Source: a virus (lineage: Duplodnaviria > Heunggongvirae > Uroviricota > Caudoviricetes). From it: a DNA stretch of 13,705 nucleotides. Of this stretch, positions 6,673-13,705 are shown in pieces. The stretch lies in the IMG/VR virus record IMGVR_UViG_3300033155_000407. One strand, written 5' to 3'. The first letter of the stretch is position 1. Every line of letters starts with the position of its first letter. The position numbers were made by a program, and so were the translations under genes. Under the pieces are notes generated by a model that saw nothing but the letters and a program-made list of their open reading frames with translations, was not told where the DNA came from and did not search any database.

Positions 6673-6893
6673 TAGTGTAGCACCCTATCAGTATTAATTT
6701 CACCAGTTTTTATTTTCCTAATATACATAGCAACTACTAAACACATTGCTTCATGTACCATAGGACCGTCTAAAACTGTAAATTGTTTAGTTTGAACTAT
6801 ACGCATAGCATCCCCTATAAATCTATCCCCAAATGTTTCTAACATATGGTTCTCTAATTCAGGTGAGACTATTTCTAGGTCTTCTAATTCCAA
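6672..6893 (-). CDS. Hypothetical protein (73 aa), first gene after promoter P3
   Basis: TTG start with GGGAG SD; acidic N-terminus; no function recognised. Confidence 0.65.
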   Translation of the reverse strand: MELEDLEIVSPELENHMLETFGDRFIGDAMRIVQTKQFTVLDGPMVHEAMCLVVAMYIRKIKTGEINTDRVLH

Positions 6894-6916
6894 TGTTATT
6901 CTCCCATATATTATAT

Positions 6917-6945
6917 ATTATATCAAAATATTAAACCTTTTTCAA
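6917..6945 (-). promoter_or_regulatory. Sigma70-type promoter P3 (extended -10) driving the accessory block
   Basis: CAAAATATTATC-TTGAAA(6945-6940)-17 nt-TATAAT(6922-6917); shares TTGATATAATATATA; the -35 overlaps the TGA stop of the GT25 gene. Confidence 0.8.
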
Positions 6946-7589
6946 GATAATATTTTGAAGTCCTCGCTATAATTGTGTTTAGCTTTACACCCTGCAGCTT
7001 TTTGTATTGTTGTAAAACTATCGTCGGCCCTAACTACTCCAGGTGATAATTCTTCCAATTCAGGAAAATCTTTATTATTAAGAAATATATCTACAGGTAA
7101 TATTCCTTTTTCTTTCGCTACTTTAATTAATTTAGTTGCACCCTTAGGTTTGATGATATAAGCGTGAGCTCCGGGTAAATAACCCCCTGCTTTAGAAAAG
7201 GTCTTATGTACTCCAGGTTTCTTCTTAATATTAGAACCATAACTGGGTATCCCAATAGTTATTATACTATCAAATTCAAATTCAGGAATAGTTTTGGTAA
7301 ATACTGCATCATGTTCTAATATTAACATATTTTCTTCTAGTAATGCGCATAAACACCATAATTTATACTGAGATATAAAGTTACCAACTACTGGTTCTAT
7401 TTCAGACCATTGAGTGTCCCACTGTCTAAATTTTAAATTTCGTTCTTTCGCCGCAGCTAAAGAAGTATCTTTAGTTGTAGCCATTACCTTGAGCACTGTT
7501 ATACCATATTTCCGTGCACTAGCTATACACCTATCAGCTACTTCTACTGATTCTGGCATATCCATTAAAGTTACTACAAAAGCTTTCAT
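6942..7589 (-). CDS. Glycosyltransferase, GT25-like
   Basis: N-terminal AFVVTL..., ISQYKLW (SHxxLW-like), ILEHDA (LEDD-like), GAHAYIIKPKGAxKL and PVD. Confidence 0.75.
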   Translation of the reverse strand: MKAFVVTLMDMPESVEVADRCIASARKYGITVLKVMATTKDTSLAAAKERNLKFRQWDTQWSEIEPVVGNFISQYKLWCLCALLEENMLILEHDAVFTKTIPEFEFDSIITIGIPSYGSNIKKKPGVHKTFSKAGGYLPGAHAYIIKPKGATKLIKVAKEKGILPVDIFLNNKDFPELEELSPGVVRADDSFTTIQKAAGCKAKHNYSEDFKILS

Positions 7590-8860
7590 TTTGTTCCCTC
7601 TACATATACAGATTCATACTGTCTTATACCGTCGTTTATATCTATAGCGTTTAAAGCGGAGTGTTCGCTAATGCCATACTTACAGGCTTTAACATCTCTA
7701 AATCCTGCCTTTTCAAATTGAGCTATCAGCTGTGCGGTAGTTGGTACCCATACATGTCCTTGCTCATTCAAAGTTCTGTAGGCTATTTTCTCTAGGTCGC
7801 CAGGTTGTGGTGCTCTTTTCCATACAAACTTACAGTAGTTTTTTATATATGCAGGATAGTTCTTGCCCCTTAATTCTTCGGAGAAAAGCCTATCTGGACA
7901 ACTTACGCGCATAACTCCACCGGGTTTTAGTGTTCGTAACGCTTCCTTCAGCATTATTAAACCCTTTTCTTCTGGTACGTGTTCTATCATATGTTCACTT
8001 AAGGCATACTCAAAAGTATTATCTTCGTAAGGCCACTTAACTGTAGCATCCATAAATGTCATGGGATAGTTAACTCTTTGCCATTTTTCGGTGTTATCAA
8101 CGTTTAACCAACCCTGCTTACATTCCCAGCCACAACCTATATTAATTTTAGTTTCCATTTTCTCTCCGTATGCGTCTTCCAGCAGAACCTTCTTACCACC
8201 CGTATAGTGTATAAAGTTTCCTCCGGGAAAATTCTCTTTTTTATCGAACCGCACTCTAGGAGTAGCGTTCCATTTATAATTTAACTCGGTATAATCTAAG
8301 TGCTGTGTTATCTGACTAGTAATGTATGCTTGATCTAGCTTCATGTGTGCGTCCCTTACTTTATTGTTCCACACTTGCCAGTTTAATAATTTTTTCTTGG
8401 CTTTAGCTCTACCCTCTTTACTCCACAGTATTACCCCACTGTTAAACATCAAGTATGGAGCTTCCACTGTTTTAGGTTTAGCTAGGGGTATATTAAATAA
8501 AGCTATAGCATTTTTATAGTCTTGTTGCCTAAAGGGTTTCATATATCCTGGTGGTTTAACCATACCAGGTAGTTCATGTTCCGGACAGGCTCCTACATCT
8601 ACTATATCCTCTAGAAATATGTTATCTTCAAAGTTTTCAATTACTATATCTATATCAACGTATAGTATCTTATCGTATTCCTCAAACCGAGGATCATACA
8701 CTAAATGTAAGTGTCCGAAGAAAGGGCTGGCATATCTCTGCTCAGTTTCAAATAGATAATCACTATTGTGCATCTTAGCATATTTCTTGAATCTCTTGAT
8801 ACTTACATTTACCCAACTAGGTATTGGACCGTTGTAATACTGATAAATTAGCGTTTTCAT
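7586..8860 (-). CDS. Fusion: GT-A glycosyltransferase (GT8/GT34-like, about aa 1-234) plus class I SAM methyltransferase (Methyltransf_11-like)
   Basis: N-terminal YDKILYVDID (DxD), FNSGV, DQAY, WN and IHY; C-terminal INIGCG...GWLNVD, FEYALSEHMIEHV and LRTLKPGG.MR.SCPD. Confidence 0.8.
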   Translation of the reverse strand: MKTLIYQYYNGPIPSWVNVSIKRFKKYAKMHNSDYLFETEQRYASPFFGHLHLVYDPRFEEYDKILYVDIDIVIENFEDNIFLEDIVDVGACPEHELPGMVKPPGYMKPFRQQDYKNAIALFNIPLAKPKTVEAPYLMFNSGVILWSKEGRAKAKKKLLNWQVWNNKVRDAHMKLDQAYITSQITQHLDYTELNYKWNATPRVRFDKKENFPGGNFIHYTGGKKVLLEDAYGEKMETKINIGCGWECKQGWLNVDNTEKWQRVNYPMTFMDATVKWPYEDNTFEYALSEHMIEHVPEEKGLIMLKEALRTLKPGGVMRVSCPDRLFSEELRGKNYPAYIKNYCKFVWKRAPQPGDLEKIAYRTLNEQGHVWVPTTAQLIAQFEKAGFRDVKACKYGISEHSALNAIDINDGIRQYESVYVEGTK

Positions 8861-9543
8861 ATTTTTTGATATGAAGCCTTACCATCATAAGGCTCAGTAT
8901 GTTTTTCTAATAATTTCCAACCCCTAACTAAGATTTCCGCTTCTAATACTTCATGATCGTAACTAGCTATGTCATCAAATACTATGGTAGCACCTGAACT
9001 CATTCTATCGTCAAACCAGTGAAACTCATTTCTTACAGGAAAGTATTGATGTGGACCATCTATGTGTGCAAATATATATTCGTTCAATATGTGCTTATTT
9101 TCGCTGTATACAGGTACGCCGTCACTGTATCTATCAAAAAACTCAGTATCTTCTAGATTCAGGAAGATGAAGTTGATTTCCCTTTCCATGGCGTATAGGT
9201 ATATTGGACCTATATACTTATCCCTCATTTGATTAGTATAATTTAATTTTCTATCCAGACCCTCTCTTTCGGCATATACAATGTTACCAAAAGGATCTAC
9301 TGCCACGTGAACCTTATAAGGAAAAATGCCTTTAGCTAAAGCATCCATAATGTAACCACTGGTGCCCCCTTTCCTCAATCCTATTTCACAAGTCATACCT
9401 ATCTTACCTGCTGGTATGGCTTCTATAGCTCTTGTTATAATATCATAGTCTGGATCACTGTCGTGGTCTCCAGGTAGACTTCCGTCTAAGTTTACTTTCA
9501 TTGGAATTACTACATCTTTCCAAGCGGACTCTTTTGGTTCCAT
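8857..9543 (-). CDS. Class I SAM-dependent methyltransferase (Methyltransf_24/TylF-like)
   Basis: CEIGLRKGG, VAVDPFG, FAHIDGPH and GATIVFDD motifs. Confidence 0.75.
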   Translation of the reverse strand: MEPKESAWKDVVIPMKVNLDGSLPGDHDSDPDYDIITRAIEAIPAGKIGMTCEIGLRKGGTSGYIMDALAKGIFPYKVHVAVDPFGNIVYAEREGLDRKLNYTNQMRDKYIGPIYLYAMEREINFIFLNLEDTEFFDRYSDGVPVYSENKHILNEYIFAHIDGPHQYFPVRNEFHWFDDRMSSGATIVFDDIASYDHEVLEAEILVRGWKLLEKHTEPYDGKASYQKI

Positions 9544-10316
9544 TATTCTTCCTTTAAAAATTGAGGTAGTATGCAGCGGTTAGCATTAGCCCAACCTGAT
9601 ACACACATATGGTTATTATTATATGGTTGACTCAATACTTGATACCAGCCAAATTCTGCTGGGCATAACTTTTTATCTTTATGCAGTTTAAATACTCTAG
9701 CAGTATCAATAGACTTTGCATTATGAATTATAATCGTATCAAATAAGTATTCTCTAGGGATAACTGTATCCGTTTTATCTATTTCATGTGCTATATTAAA
9801 GGTTTCCCAGTGGGGTTTCATAACCCCAAAACCTATAGCAGTTTTATCTTTATAAGCTTTTTCTGTATATATGCTAAAATCCCCTTTAGCATATGTAAAT
9901 ACATCGAATCTGGCACGTACTATTACATCGTACTCTTTTGGTAACTTATCTACCATAAGGGCATGACATAAAATTTGGTGCGCCTGATACTTAGTACGTT
10001 CGTGCAAGTTAGGTCTTTTTTGATATATTCCTGAAAACTCCCGCATTTTATCACATATCATATCTGCTTTATTCATAGTCAGATAAGGGTGATAGTGAGC
10101 GGTTGGTTCGTCAAATAACCAATAATCTACAACAGGATACTCATTAATTAATATTTTTTCATACTGTTTCCAAGTACCAAAATAGAAATCTGCTGTAGGA
10201 AAACTATGCTTTAAATGTCTTAAATCTCTATGGAAGTCCTGATTATAGTCCTGTCTTTTATTACCATTCATCATCCCAGATCTTGGAACTCCCGACACAC
10301 ATACAGCTATTTTCAT
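9543..10316 (-). CDS. Uncharacterised putative glycosyltransferase-like protein (paralog 1)
   Basis: MKIAVCVSGVPR and YDVIVRARFD motifs, of a type recalled from phage and large-virus glycan loci; exact family not assigned. Confidence 0.55.
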   Translation of the reverse strand: MKIAVCVSGVPRSGMMNGNKRQDYNQDFHRDLRHLKHSFPTADFYFGTWKQYEKILINEYPVVDYWLFDEPTAHYHPYLTMNKADMICDKMREFSGIYQKRPNLHERTKYQAHQILCHALMVDKLPKEYDVIVRARFDVFTYAKGDFSIYTEKAYKDKTAIGFGVMKPHWETFNIAHEIDKTDTVIPREYLFDTIIIHNAKSIDTARVFKLHKDKKLCPAEFGWYQVLSQPYNNNHMCVSGWANANRCILPQFLKEE

Positions 10317-10325
10317 TTCATATCC

Positions 10326-11030
10326 TTATTTTACAACGACTGGACTAATTTTGTGTTCATAGTGTTTCTCGTGTATATCAGTCCACCGACTTAGTTGAAT
10401 CCCCCCACAATACGTCCTTACAGAAGCATTACCGTAGGGTTTAACTAAAACCTGATACCACCCCATCTCTGCTCCAAAAAGCTTTTCTTCTTTATGTAAC
10501 TTGTGTGCATTTCGCATCCTATGTGGTGTATGCATAATCATAAAATCTGTCGTTACTTCATACATAGTAACAAGCATAGGCTTAGATACGTATAATTGTA
10601 GGCTGTCCTCTTTCCATGATTTTAACCCAAAAGTATATGTATATTGAGTTTCATATGCTTCGCGAATAAAGTCTTGCCAATTATGATCACCTAACCATGT
10701 ATCATATCGCATACGAATAATTAAATCATAGTCATCTATGTGATCTACGATATATTGATGAGCCAGTATTTGCTTCGTACTATGTGGCCGTTGTTCGTAC
10801 TTAGCTACCTCCGGATACTCTGGATAGAGTTGTAAGTAATATTCGCACCCCCATGGATCATATTCAACAACAGGCTCCGGAAAAGTAATAACATTATCAA
10901 CAGGTGGTTGTGGTAGTCCTTCCCATGTTGAATAATAAACGGAATCAGCATGATCTGTAATCAGTTTATGGTTTTCCTTCCAGCCAGAAAACTCTCTATA
11001 AATACCTGAATAGCATACGGCTATTCTCAT
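10326..11030 (-). CDS. Uncharacterised putative glycosyltransferase-like protein (paralog 2)
   Basis: MRIAVCYSGIYR, YDLIIRMRYD and KLHKEEKLFGAEMGWYQVLVKPY, clearly homologous to 9543..10316. Confidence 0.55.
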   Translation of the reverse strand: MRIAVCYSGIYREFSGWKENHKLITDHADSVYYSTWEGLPQPPVDNVITFPEPVVEYDPWGCEYYLQLYPEYPEVAKYEQRPHSTKQILAHQYIVDHIDDYDLIIRMRYDTWLGDHNWQDFIREAYETQYTYTFGLKSWKEDSLQLYVSKPMLVTMYEVTTDFMIMHTPHRMRNAHKLHKEEKLFGAEMGWYQVLVKPYGNASVRTYCGGIQLSRWTDIHEKHYEHKISPVVVK

Positions 11031-11794
11031 TATATATCCTTAAATATAGTGGGTATATCAAACCTGTAATCGCCCACGTAGTGGGCGAAGTTGCACTCCC
11101 TATCTTCAAGTTTCGTAGGTAGTCTATTCCACTCTATGGGTAACTCTAGTACATCAAATTCATATTTGTTTAACATAGCATTGAGATATACTTGATCTAA
11201 ACAGTGTGAGCTGTGTCCTACTCCCTTTAATCCTGGAGTTAATGCTGCATTCTTGTGGTGAAACCATTTTTCGTGGTCATCAAATTTCTCTCTAGCTTTT
11301 AGTCTGGCCTCTTTTGACCAGAGTAGTACGCCAGTATTAATCATACGCACGTCGGAACGTGCAGTAGTAGGAGCTATCATAGGTGCCCCAAAATCTTTAT
11401 ACCTCTGCAACATCGGTCCTGTAGCAGAATAATTTATGTTCACTTTTAAATCTGGGTGTCTCCACTCTGGCCACCCTGCTATATCTATCACATCTATATC
11501 GAATATATTATTATCCATTCTTTTGGGCATTACATCCACATCTACATATAACACGTTATCGTATTGATCAAAGAAGGGGTCTAGCCAAGTTCTAGCTTTC
11601 TCAAAGTAATTAGAACTAGAGTTTACAAACCTATCCCTAAAGAAATGATAGTCTACTCCATGTTTTATGGCATAATATTTAAAGTATCTATAACTATACA
11701 CTACCCAGTCTGGTATACCACTTTCAGGATAGTGAGGGTTAGGTTTCCCTACGCCATTAGCATTAAAGAACACTTGGTATATAGCGTTTTTCAT
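11030..11794 (-). CDS. GT-A glycosyltransferase (GT8/GT34-like), paralog of the N-terminal domain of 7586..8860
   Basis: YDNVLYVDVD (DxD), INTGV, LDQVYLN, WN and FAHY. Confidence 0.75.
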   Translation of the reverse strand: MKNAIYQVFFNANGVGKPNPHYPESGIPDWVVYSYRYFKYYAIKHGVDYHFFRDRFVNSSSNYFEKARTWLDPFFDQYDNVLYVDVDVMPKRMDNNIFDIDVIDIAGWPEWRHPDLKVNINYSATGPMLQRYKDFGAPMIAPTTARSDVRMINTGVLLWSKEARLKAREKFDDHEKWFHHKNAALTPGLKGVGHSSHCLDQVYLNAMLNKYEFDVLELPIEWNRLPTKLEDRECNFAHYVGDYRFDIPTIFKDI

Positions 11795-12501
11795 TTCTGT
11801 ATATACGCAGTAGGTGCATTGAAGTTCAATAGTTTTACTTGTAAGTTATTTTCTTCTACGAACTTATCAACACCCAAAGACTCAGACCATTGATGGTAGG
11901 CATATTCGTCAAATACCACAATGCCTCCCTTAGCTACTCTAGGCCATAGCGCACTTAGTGCTTCATATGTCGGTTTTTCTAAATCTAAATCTAGATACAG
12001 CAATGAGATTTTAAAGCCTGGACGTTTGTTAACCATGTCTTGAGCAGTTTTAGATATATCTCCGCATATCAATTCATAATCTGACTCTAAGAAACCTGCA
12101 TCCTTTATCATCATATTTAATATATCATAATAATCGTAGTCTAATTTAAACTTACGGTTTCTAAATAATTCCCCCATTGTTTCTTTATCTATACCCGACA
12201 GACTATCAACTAATTCCTCAGAATCAAAAATATCAAAACCTATAATCTTTTTAAAAGAGTTAGGTGCTAAGGCTCTCTTTAACTTTAACCAGGTAAACAT
12301 TCCCGAACCCTTAAACACTCCGCACTCTACTATGTCTCCGGGTATATCTATAACCTTATTAAATAGTACTGTTCTAGCTATTAGTTTATTAAATACCCTT
12401 GAGTCTTCACTAAAGATAAAACCGTTGAAGTCATCAAATATCTTTTGTCTTGTATTAGATATTTCTCTTTCTGCGTTACAAAATTCTGGCTCTTTATTCA
12501 T
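11791..12501 (-). CDS. TylF/MycF/NovP-family sugar O-methyltransferase-like protein (236 aa)
   Basis: PGDIVECGVFKG, IIGFDIF, ISLLYLDLD and LWPR..KGGIVVFDEY. Start reassigned from 12570 to ATG 12501 (8-nt overlap with the upstream stop). Confidence 0.85.
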   Translation of the reverse strand: MNKEPEFCNAEREISNTRQKIFDDFNGFIFSEDSRVFNKLIARTVLFNKVIDIPGDIVECGVFKGSGMFTWLKLKRALAPNSFKKIIGFDIFDSEELVDSLSGIDKETMGELFRNRKFKLDYDYYDILNMMIKDAGFLESDYELICGDISKTAQDMVNKRPGFKISLLYLDLDLEKPTYEALSALWPRVAKGGIVVFDEYAYHQWSESLGVDKFVEENNLQVKLLNFNAPTAYIQK

Positions 12502-13171
12502 GGTTCCATATATTCCTAGTTGCGGTACTAAAAATGTCGTTAAACCCGAAAAACGTGACGTCTTTCTCATACCAATCTCCTATTATATTTTTTGTTATGC
12601 TATTGTAATATTCCGGATATGGCTTAACAATAGTAGCCGTTACGTTTCTACGTTTTAAGGGTTCACTTAAGTTAAAGTACTTAGTTATATCTTCGTCTAA
12701 GTGTTCTGTTCTCATTATAAAACATTTGAGATCCCCTTGTTCATCTGTAACATGGTCTACCTGAGGATACCAACACCTTATAGCTCTGTGCCAGAAAAAC
12801 TCCTTATCCCCCCAAATGTGTCTCTCTTCTAAAAATGCTTCAAAAGATGATACATCTGCATAGGTAGGAGGAATCTTTTTCTCAATCTCTATCAATTTCT
12901 TAGCAAAACAGTATCTAGATACTACTCTAGCCCAGGGATTACGTACCACTGCAAAGAACTGTCTTGTATTTCTTAAATTTATATTTATATCTCTCCACCT
13001 AGCGTGCTCGTAACCATGGTGGTCTTTATGTTTATTCATGGTAGCCAGTAACCTGCTTGAATATTCAGGACTTATATGGGTATTTTTTCCCGCTTCCATA
13101 ATTTGTCCACGTAGGCCATGACGTACAGTCATGCCCCCAGTCTTGGGGATATGTATAAAAAACTTAGTCAA
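12494..13171 (-). CDS. Sulfotransferase (Sulfotransfer_2 / carbohydrate sulfotransferase-like)
   Basis: 5'-PSB-like FIHIPKTGG and 3'-PB-like FAVVRNPWARVVSRY; TTG start with GGAG SD. Confidence 0.85.
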   Translation of the reverse strand: MTKFFIHIPKTGGMTVRHGLRGQIMEAGKNTHISPEYSSRLLATMNKHKDHHGYEHARWRDININLRNTRQFFAVVRNPWARVVSRYCFAKKLIEIEKKIPPTYADVSSFEAFLEERHIWGDKEFFWHRAIRCWYPQVDHVTDEQGDLKCFIMRTEHLDEDITKYFNLSEPLKRRNVTATIVKPYPEYYNSITKNIIGDWYEKDVTFFGFNDIFSTATRNIWNHE

Positions 13172-13705
13172 TCTTATTCTCCACGAAGTACTGTAGATCT
13201 TCTGGTGTGCCCAACCCCCACATCTTATCTACTGTGAAGGTACGAATTTCTTTACCGTCTTCTATAGCTTCATTGTATACAGGACAAACATAGAACTCAT
13301 TATTAACACGTATATCTCTACCAATCATTTGATTAGCATATCGTACAAAATCTGATCCCTTCTTCCAATAGTAATATCCTACTGTAGCTTGATCAGAAAT
13401 AGGTTTCTTTTCTGCCACTTCTACCACATACCCATTTCTATCTGATCTTGCATAAGACCACTTAGGGTGGGTAGCTTTAAATGTAACTATACCACCATCT
13501 GCCTGTGACTCCTGCATACGGTACATAAATTCTGCTGTAGTCCACTCTACAAATTGGTCTGAGTTTGCAAAGAATAAAGGATTATCGTTATCTATATACT
13601 CACTTGCTAATAGTGCAGTACAAGCAGCCCCTTCCGTAATCCCATCAACCTCTACAATTCTGCAGTCGGGCGCGATTAAGGATAGCGTCATGTCTAAGTT
13701 ATATT
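13164..13705 (-). CDS. Sugar-nucleotidyltransferase-like (NTP_transferase, GT-A fold) protein, 5' end outside the window
   Basis: TEGAACT, ANSDQ, HPKWSY, EVAEKKPIS..AT.G.YY, EFYV.PVYN and GLGTPEDL. The frame stays open past ATG 13691 to the edge (...YNLDM), and the N-terminal GxGxRF motif is absent from the window. Confidence 0.8.
   Translation of the reverse strand, partial: YNLDMTLSLIAPDCRIVEVDGITEGAACTALLASEYIDNDNPLFFANSDQFVEWTTAEFMYRMQESQADGGIVTFKATHPKWSYARSDRNGYVVEVAEKKPISDQATVGYYYWKKGSDFVRYANQMIGRDIRVNNEFYVCPVYNEAIEDGKEIRTFTVDKMWGLGTPEDLQYFVENKID

Noticed and set aside
6973-7647. Plus-strand ORFs 6973..7161 and 7414..7647
   Set aside because: Antisense shadows of the GT25 gene.
11347-11362. 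6-bp hairpin GCACGT-CGGA-ACGTGC inside the GT gene
   Set aside because: Short stem with no U-tract; within chance expectation.
12502-12570. Upstream extension of the TylF-like ORF
   Set aside because: It would overlap the sulfotransferase by 77 nt; ATG 12501 gives the 8-nt overlap used elsewhere in the operon.
11645-12658. Plus-strand ORFs 11645..11893 and 12332..12658
   Set aside because: Antisense shadows of the GT, TylF-like and sulfotransferase genes.
1-13705. tRNA, CRISPR array, intron, homing endonuclease, IS or att site
   Set aside because: There is almost no non-coding space (only the three promoter gaps), and no cloverleaf, repeat-spacer array, or nuclease/transposase motif was seen.

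Overview
AT-rich, gene-dense segment of a lytic tailed phage with a T5-like (Demerecviridae-type) replication module. Every credible gene is on the minus strand and most are coupled by ATGA, TAATG or 8-nt overlaps. In transcription order (right to left) there are three blocks. (1) A tightly coupled block of at least 9 genes for glycan synthesis and tailoring (13705-6942): a sugar nucleotidyltransferase-like gene (partial), a PAPS-dependent sulfotransferase, a TylF-like O-methyltransferase, a GT-A glycosyltransferase, two paralogous uncharacterised GT-like proteins, a second SAM methyltransferase, a glycosyltransferase-methyltransferase fusion, and a GT25. (2) An accessory block (6893-3664): a TraR/DksA-like zinc finger, an 18-aa coupled micro-ORF, a SLOG/DUF2493 protein, DUF3310, a short C5 cytosine DNA methyltransferase, an FmdB-like zinc ribbon missed by the ORF track, and peptide deformylase. 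(3) T5-like core genes (3603-1): D3-like, D2-like, the split NAD+-dependent ligase ligA/ligB, and D5-like. Three near-identical extended -10 sigma70 promoters (TTGAnn-17 bp-TATAAT, sharing TTGATATAATATATA) separate the blocks; one sits between ligA and ligB and appears to give a leaderless ligB mRNA. A perfect 12-bp GC-rich hairpin lies inside the 5' end of the D2-like gene. Family assignments rest on motifs read by eye and remembered family sequences; no database search was run.
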